Shown piece after piece: positions 38,800-47,490 of a DNA stretch of 52,017 nucleotides. Within the stretch, counting starts at the first letter, position 1; every line of letters begins with the position of its first letter. A program made the translations under genes and the position numbers. The notes under the pieces are model-generated. The model did not search any database. It worked only from the letters and a program-made list of their open reading frames with translations, and had not been told where the DNA came from. The stretch lies in sequence record SRR2962707_859. One strand, written 5' to 3'.

Positions 38800-39129
38800 A
38801 TGCCTAAACTTAAATTGGTCTCTGTTGCATGCATGCAGACAGATGAATCTGACAAAGACGAAATCTATCTAAAGGTGAATGACAAAAAAATCTGGCCGGT
38901 AAAGCAAAAGTTTTACCCAATTGATACAGATGAGGAAGCCAGCATTCAGCTAAGCTTTAACGTGACACCCGGAAAATGCAGCATTGACCTTTGGGAATAC
39001 GACTTCATTGGGAGTAACGAAATTTTAGGATCTTTCATATTCAATATTGGTCAGCCAGGTAGTTACTCCGAAATGATGAGCAACCTGAAAGGGGATGCCT
39101 CATACATTTTGAATTATGAAATATCCTAG
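38800..39129 (+). CDS. Small C2-domain-like hypothetical protein (paralog of 3592..3957)
   Basis: Colinear similarity with 3592..3957 over the whole length. Confidence 0.78.
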   Translation: MPKLKLVSVACMQTDESDKDEIYLKVNDKKIWPVKQKFYPIDTDEEASIQLSFNVTPGKCSIDLWEYDFIGSNEILGSFIFNIGQPGSYSEMMSNLKGDASYILNYEIS

Positions 39130-39279
39130 GCTCGATTGATGTTCCTCAAATAATCAAAGCGGATCGTCATGCGATTCATCTGGCGTTAGGCGACCATTTA
39201 TCTAAAAACTCTCCTCCTATTTGGAGGATTAATGACCAATCACTTTTTTTTGTTTGCCACCAATCAAAACTTAACGATA

Positions 39280-39831
39280 ATGGAAGTAAGAGGATCTGTC
39301 ATCAGTAACATTAAAGCCTATGTAGAAAAAAAGCATCCTGAAAAATTTCAAGAATGGCATAGTTCTTTGTCAGAAAAATCTCAGGAACTGATGGAGCGCC
39401 CCGGTACCTCCAAGTGGTACCCCATAAAAGAAGGAATCCTTGAGCCTACCGAAAAAATGTGCGACCTGTTTTATCTCAACGCAAGGGATGGAGCGTGGAA
39501 ATCCGGTCGATTCAGTGCAGAAGAGGCTCTGACTGGCATTTACAAGGTGTTTGTTGTGGTGAGCACGCCATTGTTTTTGATCAAACGCGCTTCCCGCATC
39601 ATGAGCACTTTTTATAGACCTACTGAGGTAAACGTGGTAGACAATGATGACAAATCCATGTTGGTCCATTTTACCAGGCTCCCAACTCAAAGCCAATACT
39701 TGGAATACCGCATTGCTGGATGGATGGAGAAAGCACTGGAAATTTGTGGCTGTAAAGAGTTATCCGTTAAAACTCCTAAATCCATTGCGGATGGTGATGA
39801 GGTTTTTGAAGTGGATATGTCCTGGAAATAA
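39280..39831 (+). CDS. Hypothetical cytoplasmic protein, possible H-NOX/V4R-like fold
   Basis: Start MEVRGS; WYP motif, GRFSAE, IAGWMEKALEICG and terminal W. Fold call is tentative. Confidence 0.6.
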   Translation: MEVRGSVISNIKAYVEKKHPEKFQEWHSSLSEKSQELMERPGTSKWYPIKEGILEPTEKMCDLFYLNARDGAWKSGRFSAEEALTGIYKVFVVVSTPLFLIKRASRIMSTFYRPTEVNVVDNDDKSMLVHFTRLPTQSQYLEYRIAGWMEKALEICGCKELSVKTPKSIADGDEVFEVDMSWK

Positions 39832-39953
39832 ATAAGAAAAATTCTCTTTCGCCGGAAATACGATTTGAAATAATGTCCCTATGTCGAACAAGACATTTGA
39901 TTGATCGTTTTACATCTCGACGTTAAGAAAATTTATTTCTAAATTTAGTAGTA

Positions 39954-41432
39954 GTGCCTTGTAGACTCAATATATCACTTCTGTTCATTTTAGCGGTTCA
40001 TTTTCTTAATGGCCAAAAATATGGAAGTGCCTTTAATGAAAAAATCGTTGATGCGATACTATATGAGGATGCTGAGGAAGTAGGACTCCCTGAAAATGAA
40101 ATTGAAAGAAACCTGATCCTGTCAATCACGTCAAGAAATTCCTCTCCTCAAGTATCTGCCGAGAAATTAATTGCCGCAAAAGAAGCCATTTTAGTTGGTA
40201 AGAGAATTAGCTATTCCCCCGTACTTGATCTGGTCGAAGGATATTTTTACATGTTTGAGGATGTCTCCAAAGCTGAGGGTCTATTCCTAAAAGCAGTCGA
40301 AGGATTTGAACAGCAAGAAAATCAATCGATGAGTCGATTGACTCAATATTTCTTGGTCAGAATAATAGCTATTTCTGATCAATGGTTTGCTGCCTCTGAA
40401 GCATACGATAAATATCAACAGTCGGCTGAAAATGCTCAAATAAAACAAACCCTTTTAAGTAAAAAAATCGACCTACTAGGAAAAAGCCTTTATGGCAGCA
40501 TTATTACTGCTGTCTCCAATTTAGATTCTGCTGCTATTCCTAAAGCAGAATCCTTTTTAAAAGAGCTAATTGAAGAGTCAAAAGATTTCAACGCCGATGG
40601 TGTCAGGTATAATGCAATTGGCAACCTCGCTTACATTTATTTCCTTCAAAAGGATTACAAGAAAATGATTCCACTTGCACTGCAGGATCTGAAATTTTCA
40701 AAGGAGAATGGAAGAATAGAGAGTGCCTGCGGATTGCACATCACATTGAGTTCTGCTTATTCGGAAATTGGTGATTTTGAAAATGCCCGATATCACTTTC
40801 ATGAGGCAGAGCAACTAATCGATCAGGTAGATGGGTTTTTCACGATTCGGGAATTCATCAAGAACGCCAAGCGATTTTATGATTTTAATGATTCCGATAA
40901 ACTTTTTGAATTGTTGGAGTTCGTCCAAAACATTTTAATAAAGAGATTCAACACTACACCTGCAGTGAATTATGAGTATCTAAAGGCAGAAAATAAACTG
41001 CTGGAAGCAGAAAATCAGATCAAGTTTCTACTGGAAAAAAATGAACTCACCTCAAGAAACAACTTGCTACTCGTTCTGCTTCTAATCGCTGTTCTACTAA
41101 TACTCTTTATTTTCTACAGACTACTGCGTAACCAAAGAAAATTCAGAACAAAGCTTGAATTCATTAATCGCAATCTGGAAAATGAAGTGAAAAACAGAAC
41201 CAAAAAGGTATACGAGCAGAACAAGAAAATCCAACAATTCTCTTACCGAAACTCGCACATGACCCGAGCTCCTGTCGCGCGTTTAATAGGGCTAGCAGAT
41301 TTATTGTCCGACGATCCTGAATCGAATAAGGAATTACTAAAAGAGATAAAAGCGTCCACTATTGAAGTCGATAAAATTGTTCGTGAGATCAATGAAATGT
41401 TATCAGATGATTCTCCGAATACCATTTATTAA
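39954..41432 (+). CDS. TPR-like membrane protein ending in a HisKA-like helix pair, no ATPase domain
   Basis: Signal-like start, helical repeats, one TM, coiled coil, SHMTRAPVARLIGL, stop about 45 aa later. Confidence 0.75.
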   Translation: MPCRLNISLLFILAVHFLNGQKYGSAFNEKIVDAILYEDAEEVGLPENEIERNLILSITSRNSSPQVSAEKLIAAKEAILVGKRISYSPVLDLVEGYFYMFEDVSKAEGLFLKAVEGFEQQENQSMSRLTQYFLVRIIAISDQWFAASEAYDKYQQSAENAQIKQTLLSKKIDLLGKSLYGSIITAVSNLDSAAIPKAESFLKELIEESKDFNADGVRYNAIGNLAYIYFLQKDYKKMIPLALQDLKFSKENGRIESACGLHITLSSAYSEIGDFENARYHFHEAEQLIDQVDGFFTIREFIKNAKRFYDFNDSDKLFELLEFVQNILIKRFNTTPAVNYEYLKAENKLLEAENQIKFLLEKNELTSRNNLLLVLLLIAVLLILFIFYRLLRNQRKFRTKLEFINRNLENEVKNRTKKVYEQNKKIQQFSYRNSHMTRAPVARLIGLADLLSDDPESNKELLKEIKASTIEVDKIVREINEMLSDDSPNTIY

Positions 41433-42503
41433 TACTTGAGCATCCTCCTCAGTATTCATCGGCCCCACACTAAAACGCAATGTGCCTGTCTCACTTGTAC
41501 CAAGTGCCTCATGAGCTAATGGAGCACATTGAAAGCCAAGACTTCCCTTGATTCCACCTTGCCTCCAAAGATCCTCTTTAATTTCATCAAGAGACTTATC
41601 TGTGCTCGTGATGGAAACAGCTCCGGTATATCTGCCATGGGTTTTGCTTCCCGCAATTTCAATCCCTGGAATCTCACTTAGTCCGGCCCTCATGGTTTCT
41701 ACCAGATGGTTTCTGTGACTTTCCAATTCATCCCAGCCCTTAGTCTCCAGCCATTTGATTCCAGCCGTTAATCCTGCAATATTCATCATTGGGGCAGAAC
41801 CTGTATCGCAATATGTTGGGAAAACAGATGGCTCTTTCTCCCCAGGAGTGATCTCACAAGCTGCATTTGGGCAGGTCATAGTCACACGTTCTGAAATATA
41901 TAACCCTCCGATTCCTTGCGGCCCAAAAGGGCCCTTATGCCCGGCAAAAACAAATATATCCGGATCAAGGCTTGAAATATTGATAGGAATTATGCCTGCT
42001 GTCTGTGCACCATCCAGCAAGCAGACAGCTCCATACGCTTTAGATAGGCTCAGAATTTCTTCGAATGGCAGAATTTCACCCGTTACATTACTGGCCATAG
42101 AAACAGCCACCATTCGCGCCCCTTTTTTAAGCTCTTTTTCCAAGTGTAAAAGATCAAAAGGACCATCTTCATCACGTGGGATAATCACACCCTCAACTCC
42201 TCGATCCTCCTGAAGCTTGAAAAACCAGCGGGATAATGCATGGTGTTCCATCGAACTGATGATCAGTCGATCGCCGGACTCCCATGGAAAATCAGTGAAG
42301 GCGGTGGCAAGTCCCTGGGTGCAGCTCTGAGTGAATAAAAACCGGTCGGATTTAGCAATGCCAAAAAAGGATGTGATCGTTTTGATCCCTTGTTCAAAAA
42401 CATTCAACCATTGATCCGGAGCGGTTTGGTTAAAGTGATGGATAGCATCATTTACTTCAGCTGGCTTGGGCCAGGTTGTACCTGCTTGATTAAGGTAAAT
42501 CAT
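41403..42503 (-). CDS. Class V PLP aminotransferase, cysteine desulfurase-like
   Basis: IYLNQAGTTWPKP, MEHHA, ASNVTG, DGAQTAG, GHKGPFGPQGIG, GFQCAPLAH, LRFSVG. Confidence 0.88.
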   Translation of the reverse strand: MIYLNQAGTTWPKPAEVNDAIHHFNQTAPDQWLNVFEQGIKTITSFFGIAKSDRFLFTQSCTQGLATAFTDFPWESGDRLIISSMEHHALSRWFFKLQEDRGVEGVIIPRDEDGPFDLLHLEKELKKGARMVAVSMASNVTGEILPFEEILSLSKAYGAVCLLDGAQTAGIIPINISSLDPDIFVFAGHKGPFGPQGIGGLYISERVTMTCPNAACEITPGEKEPSVFPTYCDTGSAPMMNIAGLTAGIKWLETKGWDELESHRNHLVETMRAGLSEIPGIEIAGSKTHGRYTGAVSITSTDKSLDEIKEDLWRQGGIKGSLGFQCAPLAHEALGTSETGTLRFSVGPMNTEEDAQVLINGIRRII

Positions 42504-42611
42504 AAATTGAAGTTAAACAAAGGTTGATTATCTTAAAGGATTCAAACCACCGCTAACAAAATCCTTTAATTGAGCATCACAAACTGATCCTGATAAATAC
42601 CGCCTGAAAAT

Positions 42612-42899
42612 ATGCTCTTCCTTCTCCGAAAAATCCGCAGAACGCTTATGGCTAAAAACAAAATCACAACCTACATAGCCTATGCCGTAGGGGAAATCAT
42701 TCTGGTTGTTATAGGCATTTTGATTGCCGTGTGGATCAATCGGACCAATCATCGTAAGGTGGTAGGCATTGGCGTTTTAAAGATGATCGGGCAGGAAAGT
42801 AATCTGAGTTTTGGTACCACTAAAAATCCATACCTCAGATCAGCTGCCAATGACTCCTCTATTCTCGAACGACTAAATTCAAAAGAACCAACAAAATGA
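42612..42899 (+). pseudogene. Truncated DUF6090-like array member (type A N-terminus)
   Basis: First ~42 aa match 45214..45957 (RKIRR...YA.GEI.LVV.GIL.AV). Only 95 aa versus ~240 aa and lacks the central motif. Confidence 0.6.
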
Positions 42900-43585
42900 A
42901 TCGTATTCTCAACACCCTTGCTCAAAAATGGCCCGAATACTTGTTAGAAATTCTGGTAATTACCATCGGTATTCTGGGAGCATTTATTTTAAATAGCTGG
43001 AAAGAAGATAGAGCAGAAAGCGTCTATGAAATATCGATAATCCAGGAGTTGATGACCTCAACAGAACGAGATAGTCTACAAATTTCCTATATCATTAAAA
43101 GATATGATCAACATGATTCAGTAGTCACTTTACTTAAAGAAAAAATGCTTATGGATGTACCGTATAATGACACCCTTGCAAGTATGTTTTCCAGGGTTTC
43201 TTATTTTGATGTTATCAGTACGGACTTTACGGTATTTGAAAATTTAAAATCTACGGGTATTACATTGATAAAAAACCAGGAATTAAGATCAGCGATTCCC
43301 CGGTATTACGGCCTCATATCACATATAAGGTTGGTACACCAAGAGTTTATATTGCCCATCTATTTCAGAGAGAACATCTATCCGAAGTATTTTCGGTCAT
43401 TCTCCTGGCGGACCGGAGCAGTACCGGTTGATTTTGAAACTCTCAAAGATGAGCCTGAAATGTATGTCGCCTTGGACTATGTTATGAACGATGTAGGCTT
43501 TTATAAAAGAATCTACCAGAATTTACAACAAAACAATGCTCAACTAAGAGAAGCCCTTCGAAAAGAGCTAAACTCAAGAAAGTAA
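42896..43585 (+). CDS. DUF6090-like membrane-anchored protein, type B
   Basis: KWPEYLLEILVITIGILGAF anchor; FENLKSTG...IKNQELR central motif. Confidence 0.85.
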   Translation: MNRILNTLAQKWPEYLLEILVITIGILGAFILNSWKEDRAESVYEISIIQELMTSTERDSLQISYIIKRYDQHDSVVTLLKEKMLMDVPYNDTLASMFSRVSYFDVISTDFTVFENLKSTGITLIKNQELRSAIPRYYGLISHIRLVHQEFILPIYFRENIYPKYFRSFSWRTGAVPVDFETLKDEPEMYVALDYVMNDVGFYKRIYQNLQQNNAQLREALRKELNSRK

Positions 43586-43606
43586 TCTCATCAAAAGCTA
43601 ATAGCT

Positions 43607-44332
43607 ATGAAACGAATCTTTACCACCCTCAAAGAAAAATGGCCAGAGTATCTGCTTGAAATCCTGGTGATTACTATTGGTATTTTGGGGGCTTTTGCGC
43701 TCAATAAATGGAAGGAAAACCGCGATAACGCCGTTACTGAAGTGCAAATATTGAAAGAAATCAGTGGCAATCTCAAAGATGACTTATTGGGAATCCAGGA
43801 TGATCTGATGCATATGGAATCAGTGAGGCAAGGGGGATTACATATTTTGGAATTCATTGAAAACAATGACGCTCCAACAGTCGATTTTTCAAATAGCATG
43901 GCCCGCTTAAGGGTCACTCCACATTTTGACCCTAATAATTCCGGTTATGAATTACTTATTTCCAAGGGTGTAGGCATTATTCAAAATGACAGTTTGCGTC
44001 AATCCATAACCAAGCTGTTTGAGTCCACCTACTCCTACTATCGTCGATATGAAGATGAACGTGTTCAGACCAGAATCCATCACATTACCCCTGGCTTAAT
44101 GGAGTATTCAATGGCTGATATGGATGTCTGGGATAATACATTCCTTGGCGACTATGGAACCTTTGAAGTTTCACCTTCTGACTATGCTCGCCTAAAGGAA
44201 GAGAAGAAGTTTCGAAAACTTGTTCGGATGATATTGAATGAAAATGAGGGAGTAAGATATCGGGCGAGGAAAGTAGAGAAGGGAATTAAGCAACTGATAG
44301 AAGACATCAACATCGAACTCGAACAACTATGA
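43607..44332 (+). CDS. DUF6090-like membrane-anchored protein, type B
   Basis: Same anchor; YELLISKG...IQNDSLR. Confidence 0.85.
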   Translation: MKRIFTTLKEKWPEYLLEILVITIGILGAFALNKWKENRDNAVTEVQILKEISGNLKDDLLGIQDDLMHMESVRQGGLHILEFIENNDAPTVDFSNSMARLRVTPHFDPNNSGYELLISKGVGIIQNDSLRQSITKLFESTYSYYRRYEDERVQTRIHHITPGLMEYSMADMDVWDNTFLGDYGTFEVSPSDYARLKEEKKFRKLVRMILNENEGVRYRARKVEKGIKQLIEDINIELEQL

Positions 44333-44373
44333 AACGAGTCCTAAGCACCTTCAATTTAAAACGTCATTCCTGA
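44329..44373 (+). pseudogene. 14-codon remnant of a type B array gene
   Basis: ATGA overlap with the previous stop. MKRVLSTF resembles MKRILTTL, then runs into the palindromic element and stops. Confidence 0.6.
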
Positions 44374-44470
44374 TGTAGTGTAACGGAATTCAGGAATCTC
44401 ATTAAATTAGAATGCTAACTAAAAAGAGATTCCGGTATTTCTTCGTGTTACTTCGAAAACCGGAATGACG
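44362..44470. repeat. 109-bp cruciform (REPIN/MITE-like) element
   Basis: Terminal inverted repeat CGTCATTCC/GGAATGACG, inner GGAATCTC/GAGATTCC, arms ATTCCTGA..TCAGGAAT and ATTCCGG..CCGGAAT. Confidence 0.8.
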
Positions 44471-44478
44471 CACCGCCT

Positions 44479-45210
44479 ATGAAACGAATACTTACCACCC
44501 TCAAAGAAAAATGGCCCGAATACTTGCTGGAAATTCTAGTAATCACAATTGGTATATTGGGAGCATTTGCGCTGAATAATTGGAATGAGAACAGGAAGCA
44601 AGGGGCGTCTGCAATGGCCAATCTTTCCATACTAAAACAAAACCTAGTTGATGACAGATCTGAAATTTTAAGCCTGCTAAACAATGTCAACAGCACACTT
44701 GAATCAGCCGACTCTTTGCTCGGTCAGTTCAAAATGATCATCCCAATTGATGAGCGAACTACCTATCATATCAATAAGCTCATACTCGAATACAACTTTA
44801 GCCCGAATACAAATGGATTAAAAATTTTAAATGCAAAAGGAGATCTTGCCTATTTTGATAATGCACTACAAGCGGACATCATGAAATATTATAGCTTGGT
44901 TGAAAATATCATTGAGCGTGAAGGAATCACTAATCAGTTTATCAAAGACAAGTATGAAATCCATTATTTTAACAATTATTCGTTCACTATCAATAGCACC
45001 AATCAGCTCTTAGTTGTAGCAAATTACTATGCAGATGATCTTCGCAAGATTCAAAAGATAAATGAATCAGATTTAAGAGCAGACAGAAAGCTAGAAGGTC
45101 TGGCGTTTGGCAGAAGATACCAATGCATTACACAGAAACAAGCGTATGAAAATGCCATTATTCATTTAGATCTGCTCATTTCCAAAGTGGAGAATCGTTT
45201 AACTAATTAA
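44479..45210 (+). CDS. DUF6090-like membrane-anchored protein, type B
   Basis: Same anchor; LKILNAKGDL...IMKYY. Confidence 0.85.
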   Translation: MKRILTTLKEKWPEYLLEILVITIGILGAFALNNWNENRKQGASAMANLSILKQNLVDDRSEILSLLNNVNSTLESADSLLGQFKMIIPIDERTTYHINKLILEYNFSPNTNGLKILNAKGDLAYFDNALQADIMKYYSLVENIIEREGITNQFIKDKYEIHYFNNYSFTINSTNQLLVVANYYADDLRKIQKINESDLRADRKLEGLAFGRRYQCITQKQAYENAIIHLDLLISKVENRLTN

Positions 45211-45213
45211 ACA

Positions 45214-45957
45214 GTGCTCTTCCTCTTCCGCAAAATCCGCCGAAAACTTATGAAAGAGAATAAAATCAAAAATTATCTTCTGTATTCCATTGGAGAGATC
45301 GTGTTGGTGGTCGTGGGAATCCTGGTTGCTGTGCAAATTGACAATCTCAACGAGGCTCGCAAAGAGCGCAAAAAAGAAGTTCATTATCTCACTAATATTC
45401 GGGCTGATCTTGTAAGCAATTTGGGTATCATGGATCACTTTCTGGAGGAGTGGGGACAGTGTATTAAATCTGCTCAGATTGTGGTCGAACACATTGAGGG
45501 GAAACCAATAACAGACTGGGATACATTCAACCGGCATTGTATAAATGTTTGGAATTGGAAACGCTTTTATCAAACTAATAACACCTTCGAAGAACTGACT
45601 TATTCGGGAAATCTCGCCATCATTTCAAATGACTCTATAAAGAGTCAACTGTTGAATCTGGACGCGATGCTTCAAAGACTAATAGCAGAGGAAGATCACT
45701 TTCGTTTTGACTCGGAAGAGATCATCTACCCTCCTTTATATGAACTTATTGATATGCACCCATTGATACAGAACTACATGGGAAAAGATGTGACGTTCAC
45801 TATGGATATGTATGTGGAATACTTCAGTGATACGAGGGTCAAAAATGGTTTCTTGATGGCTATTCTGGAATTCTCAACCATGAATAGCCAACTAAGAGAG
45901 CGTAAAGAAATCACTCATAATCTTATTGAAATTATTGATAAAGAAATAAACAGATGA
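45214..45957 (+). CDS. DUF6090-like membrane-anchored protein, type A
   Basis: FRKIRRKL...YLLYSIGEIVLVVVGILVAVQIDNLNE; FEELTYSGNLAIISNDSIK. GTG start. Confidence 0.85.
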   Translation: MLFLFRKIRRKLMKENKIKNYLLYSIGEIVLVVVGILVAVQIDNLNEARKERKKEVHYLTNIRADLVSNLGIMDHFLEEWGQCIKSAQIVVEHIEGKPITDWDTFNRHCINVWNWKRFYQTNNTFEELTYSGNLAIISNDSIKSQLLNLDAMLQRLIAEEDHFRFDSEEIIYPPLYELIDMHPLIQNYMGKDVTFTMDMYVEYFSDTRVKNGFLMAILEFSTMNSQLRERKEITHNLIEIIDKEINR

Positions 45958-46652
45958 AACGAATTCTCGTAACCCTCTCCCAAAAATGGCCCGACTATCT
46001 GCTAGAAATTTTGGTTATCACGTTTGGTATACTCGGAGCTTTTGCTCTGAATAATTGGAATGAAAACAGAATATCTGCTAAAAAAGAACTTGATTACTTA
46101 TCCGAGTTGAGAAAAGATTTGAAAGAAGACATCAAAGACTTAAACTACAACTATGATTTCACAAAAGATAAACTGAATTCTAACGAGATTGTACTCGATT
46201 ATATACAAAACAAAAAACCGCTTACCGATTCAATAGAATACCACTTAAGCAATTTGCTACTACCGGTTCACTTTTTGTCTAATACCAGTGCTTATGAATC
46301 TATTAAAAACCAGGGAATTGATATCATTAGTAATGATTCGGTGAGGCGCCAGATAGTATTTTTATACGATTGGTATGATAAACACCTACAGTATTTCGAG
46401 ACAAATGATGACCATCTTGTACAGTATCACGTGCTTATGGAGATGTATCTAAAAAGAATTAAAGTATACGAAATTTGGCGTAAAGCGGAACCGATCGATA
46501 AAATCAATATTTACTCAGACGCTGAGTTTTATAATGTACTCACAATGAACAGTTTTTACAGAAGCTACATGCTTACTAATTATGAGGAAGCTCGTGAGTT
46601 GGCCAGTCAACTTCTAGCGTCCATTGATCAATTAATATTAGCTAACAAATGA
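45954..46652 (+). CDS. DUF6090-like membrane-anchored protein, type B
   Basis: Same anchor; YESIKNQGIDIISNDSVR. Confidence 0.85.
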   Translation: MKRILVTLSQKWPDYLLEILVITFGILGAFALNNWNENRISAKKELDYLSELRKDLKEDIKDLNYNYDFTKDKLNSNEIVLDYIQNKKPLTDSIEYHLSNLLLPVHFLSNTSAYESIKNQGIDIISNDSVRRQIVFLYDWYDKHLQYFETNDDHLVQYHVLMEMYLKRIKVYEIWRKAEPIDKINIYSDAEFYNVLTMNSFYRSYMLTNYEEARELASQLLASIDQLILANK

Positions 46653-47362
46653 AACGCATCTTCACCACACTCTCCGAAAAATGGCCAGAATACTTGCTGG
46701 AAATTCTAGTGATCACCGTAGGTATTCTTGGGGCTTTTGCTTTGAATAACTGGAATGAAAACCGTAAAGCTCGGGCTTTTGAACAAAAAATGCTTCGGGA
46801 ATTAATTATTGGTCTCAATCGTGACATCAGCGATCTCGAATGGAATCGGTCCATGAATACAAAAGCATCGGCCAGTCAATCCAGAATCCTTAAATGGATG
46901 GATGGAGAAATAGCGTATTACGATAGCCTCTGTTATGATTTTGGGAAGAGCAACTACTGGATGTCGCTGAGTGATAACAACGGCGCGTATCAAAATCTCA
47001 AGAGCAAGGACATTACCCTTATCTCAAATGATTCGATTCGTAATGCGATTGTAATGCTTTATGAAGTTTCGTATGATTACCATGATGAGGTAGAGCAAGT
47101 ATATCATAACCTCCTCCTCCATAAATGGAACAACATCGATCCGAAATATTTTCGAAATTCGTCATTAAATGAAAAAGCAGATGTTTTTTATGTTAATTGT
47201 CAGGTACCAATCGATTATGCAGAACTTCGCAAAAACAAGGAGTTTCGAGTTCATTTAGAACAGATGAAAACCATAAATAACCATCACATTTTTCAAATGA
47301 TGAGGACGGAACGAAGCGCTAAAAAGGCTCGAGATTTAATTCAAGCGCATTTAAATCATTGA
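46649..47362 (+). CDS. DUF6090-like membrane-anchored protein, type B
   Basis: Same anchor; YQNLKSKDITLISNDSIR. Confidence 0.85.
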   Translation: MKRIFTTLSEKWPEYLLEILVITVGILGAFALNNWNENRKARAFEQKMLRELIIGLNRDISDLEWNRSMNTKASASQSRILKWMDGEIAYYDSLCYDFGKSNYWMSLSDNNGAYQNLKSKDITLISNDSIRNAIVMLYEVSYDYHDEVEQVYHNLLLHKWNNIDPKYFRNSSLNEKADVFYVNCQVPIDYAELRKNKEFRVHLEQMKTINNHHIFQMMRTERSAKKARDLIQAHLNH

Positions 47363-47490
47363 CAACCCTGCCATTGTCTTTCAAGATACCTCTCAATTTC
47401 CCCTCCCGGGAGGAGAATAGATTCCGTATATGAGATATCCCCAAAGAAATATAGAGCAGTAAGCTTAAAGCCAACTACCCTTTTTAATAA

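Noticed and set aside
42896-46765. Recurring ATGAAACG...AAATGGCC blocks as CRISPR repeats or integron attC sites
   Set aside because: They are coding, ~700 nt apart and vary at synonymous positions; no cas or integrase gene and no attC-like structure seen.
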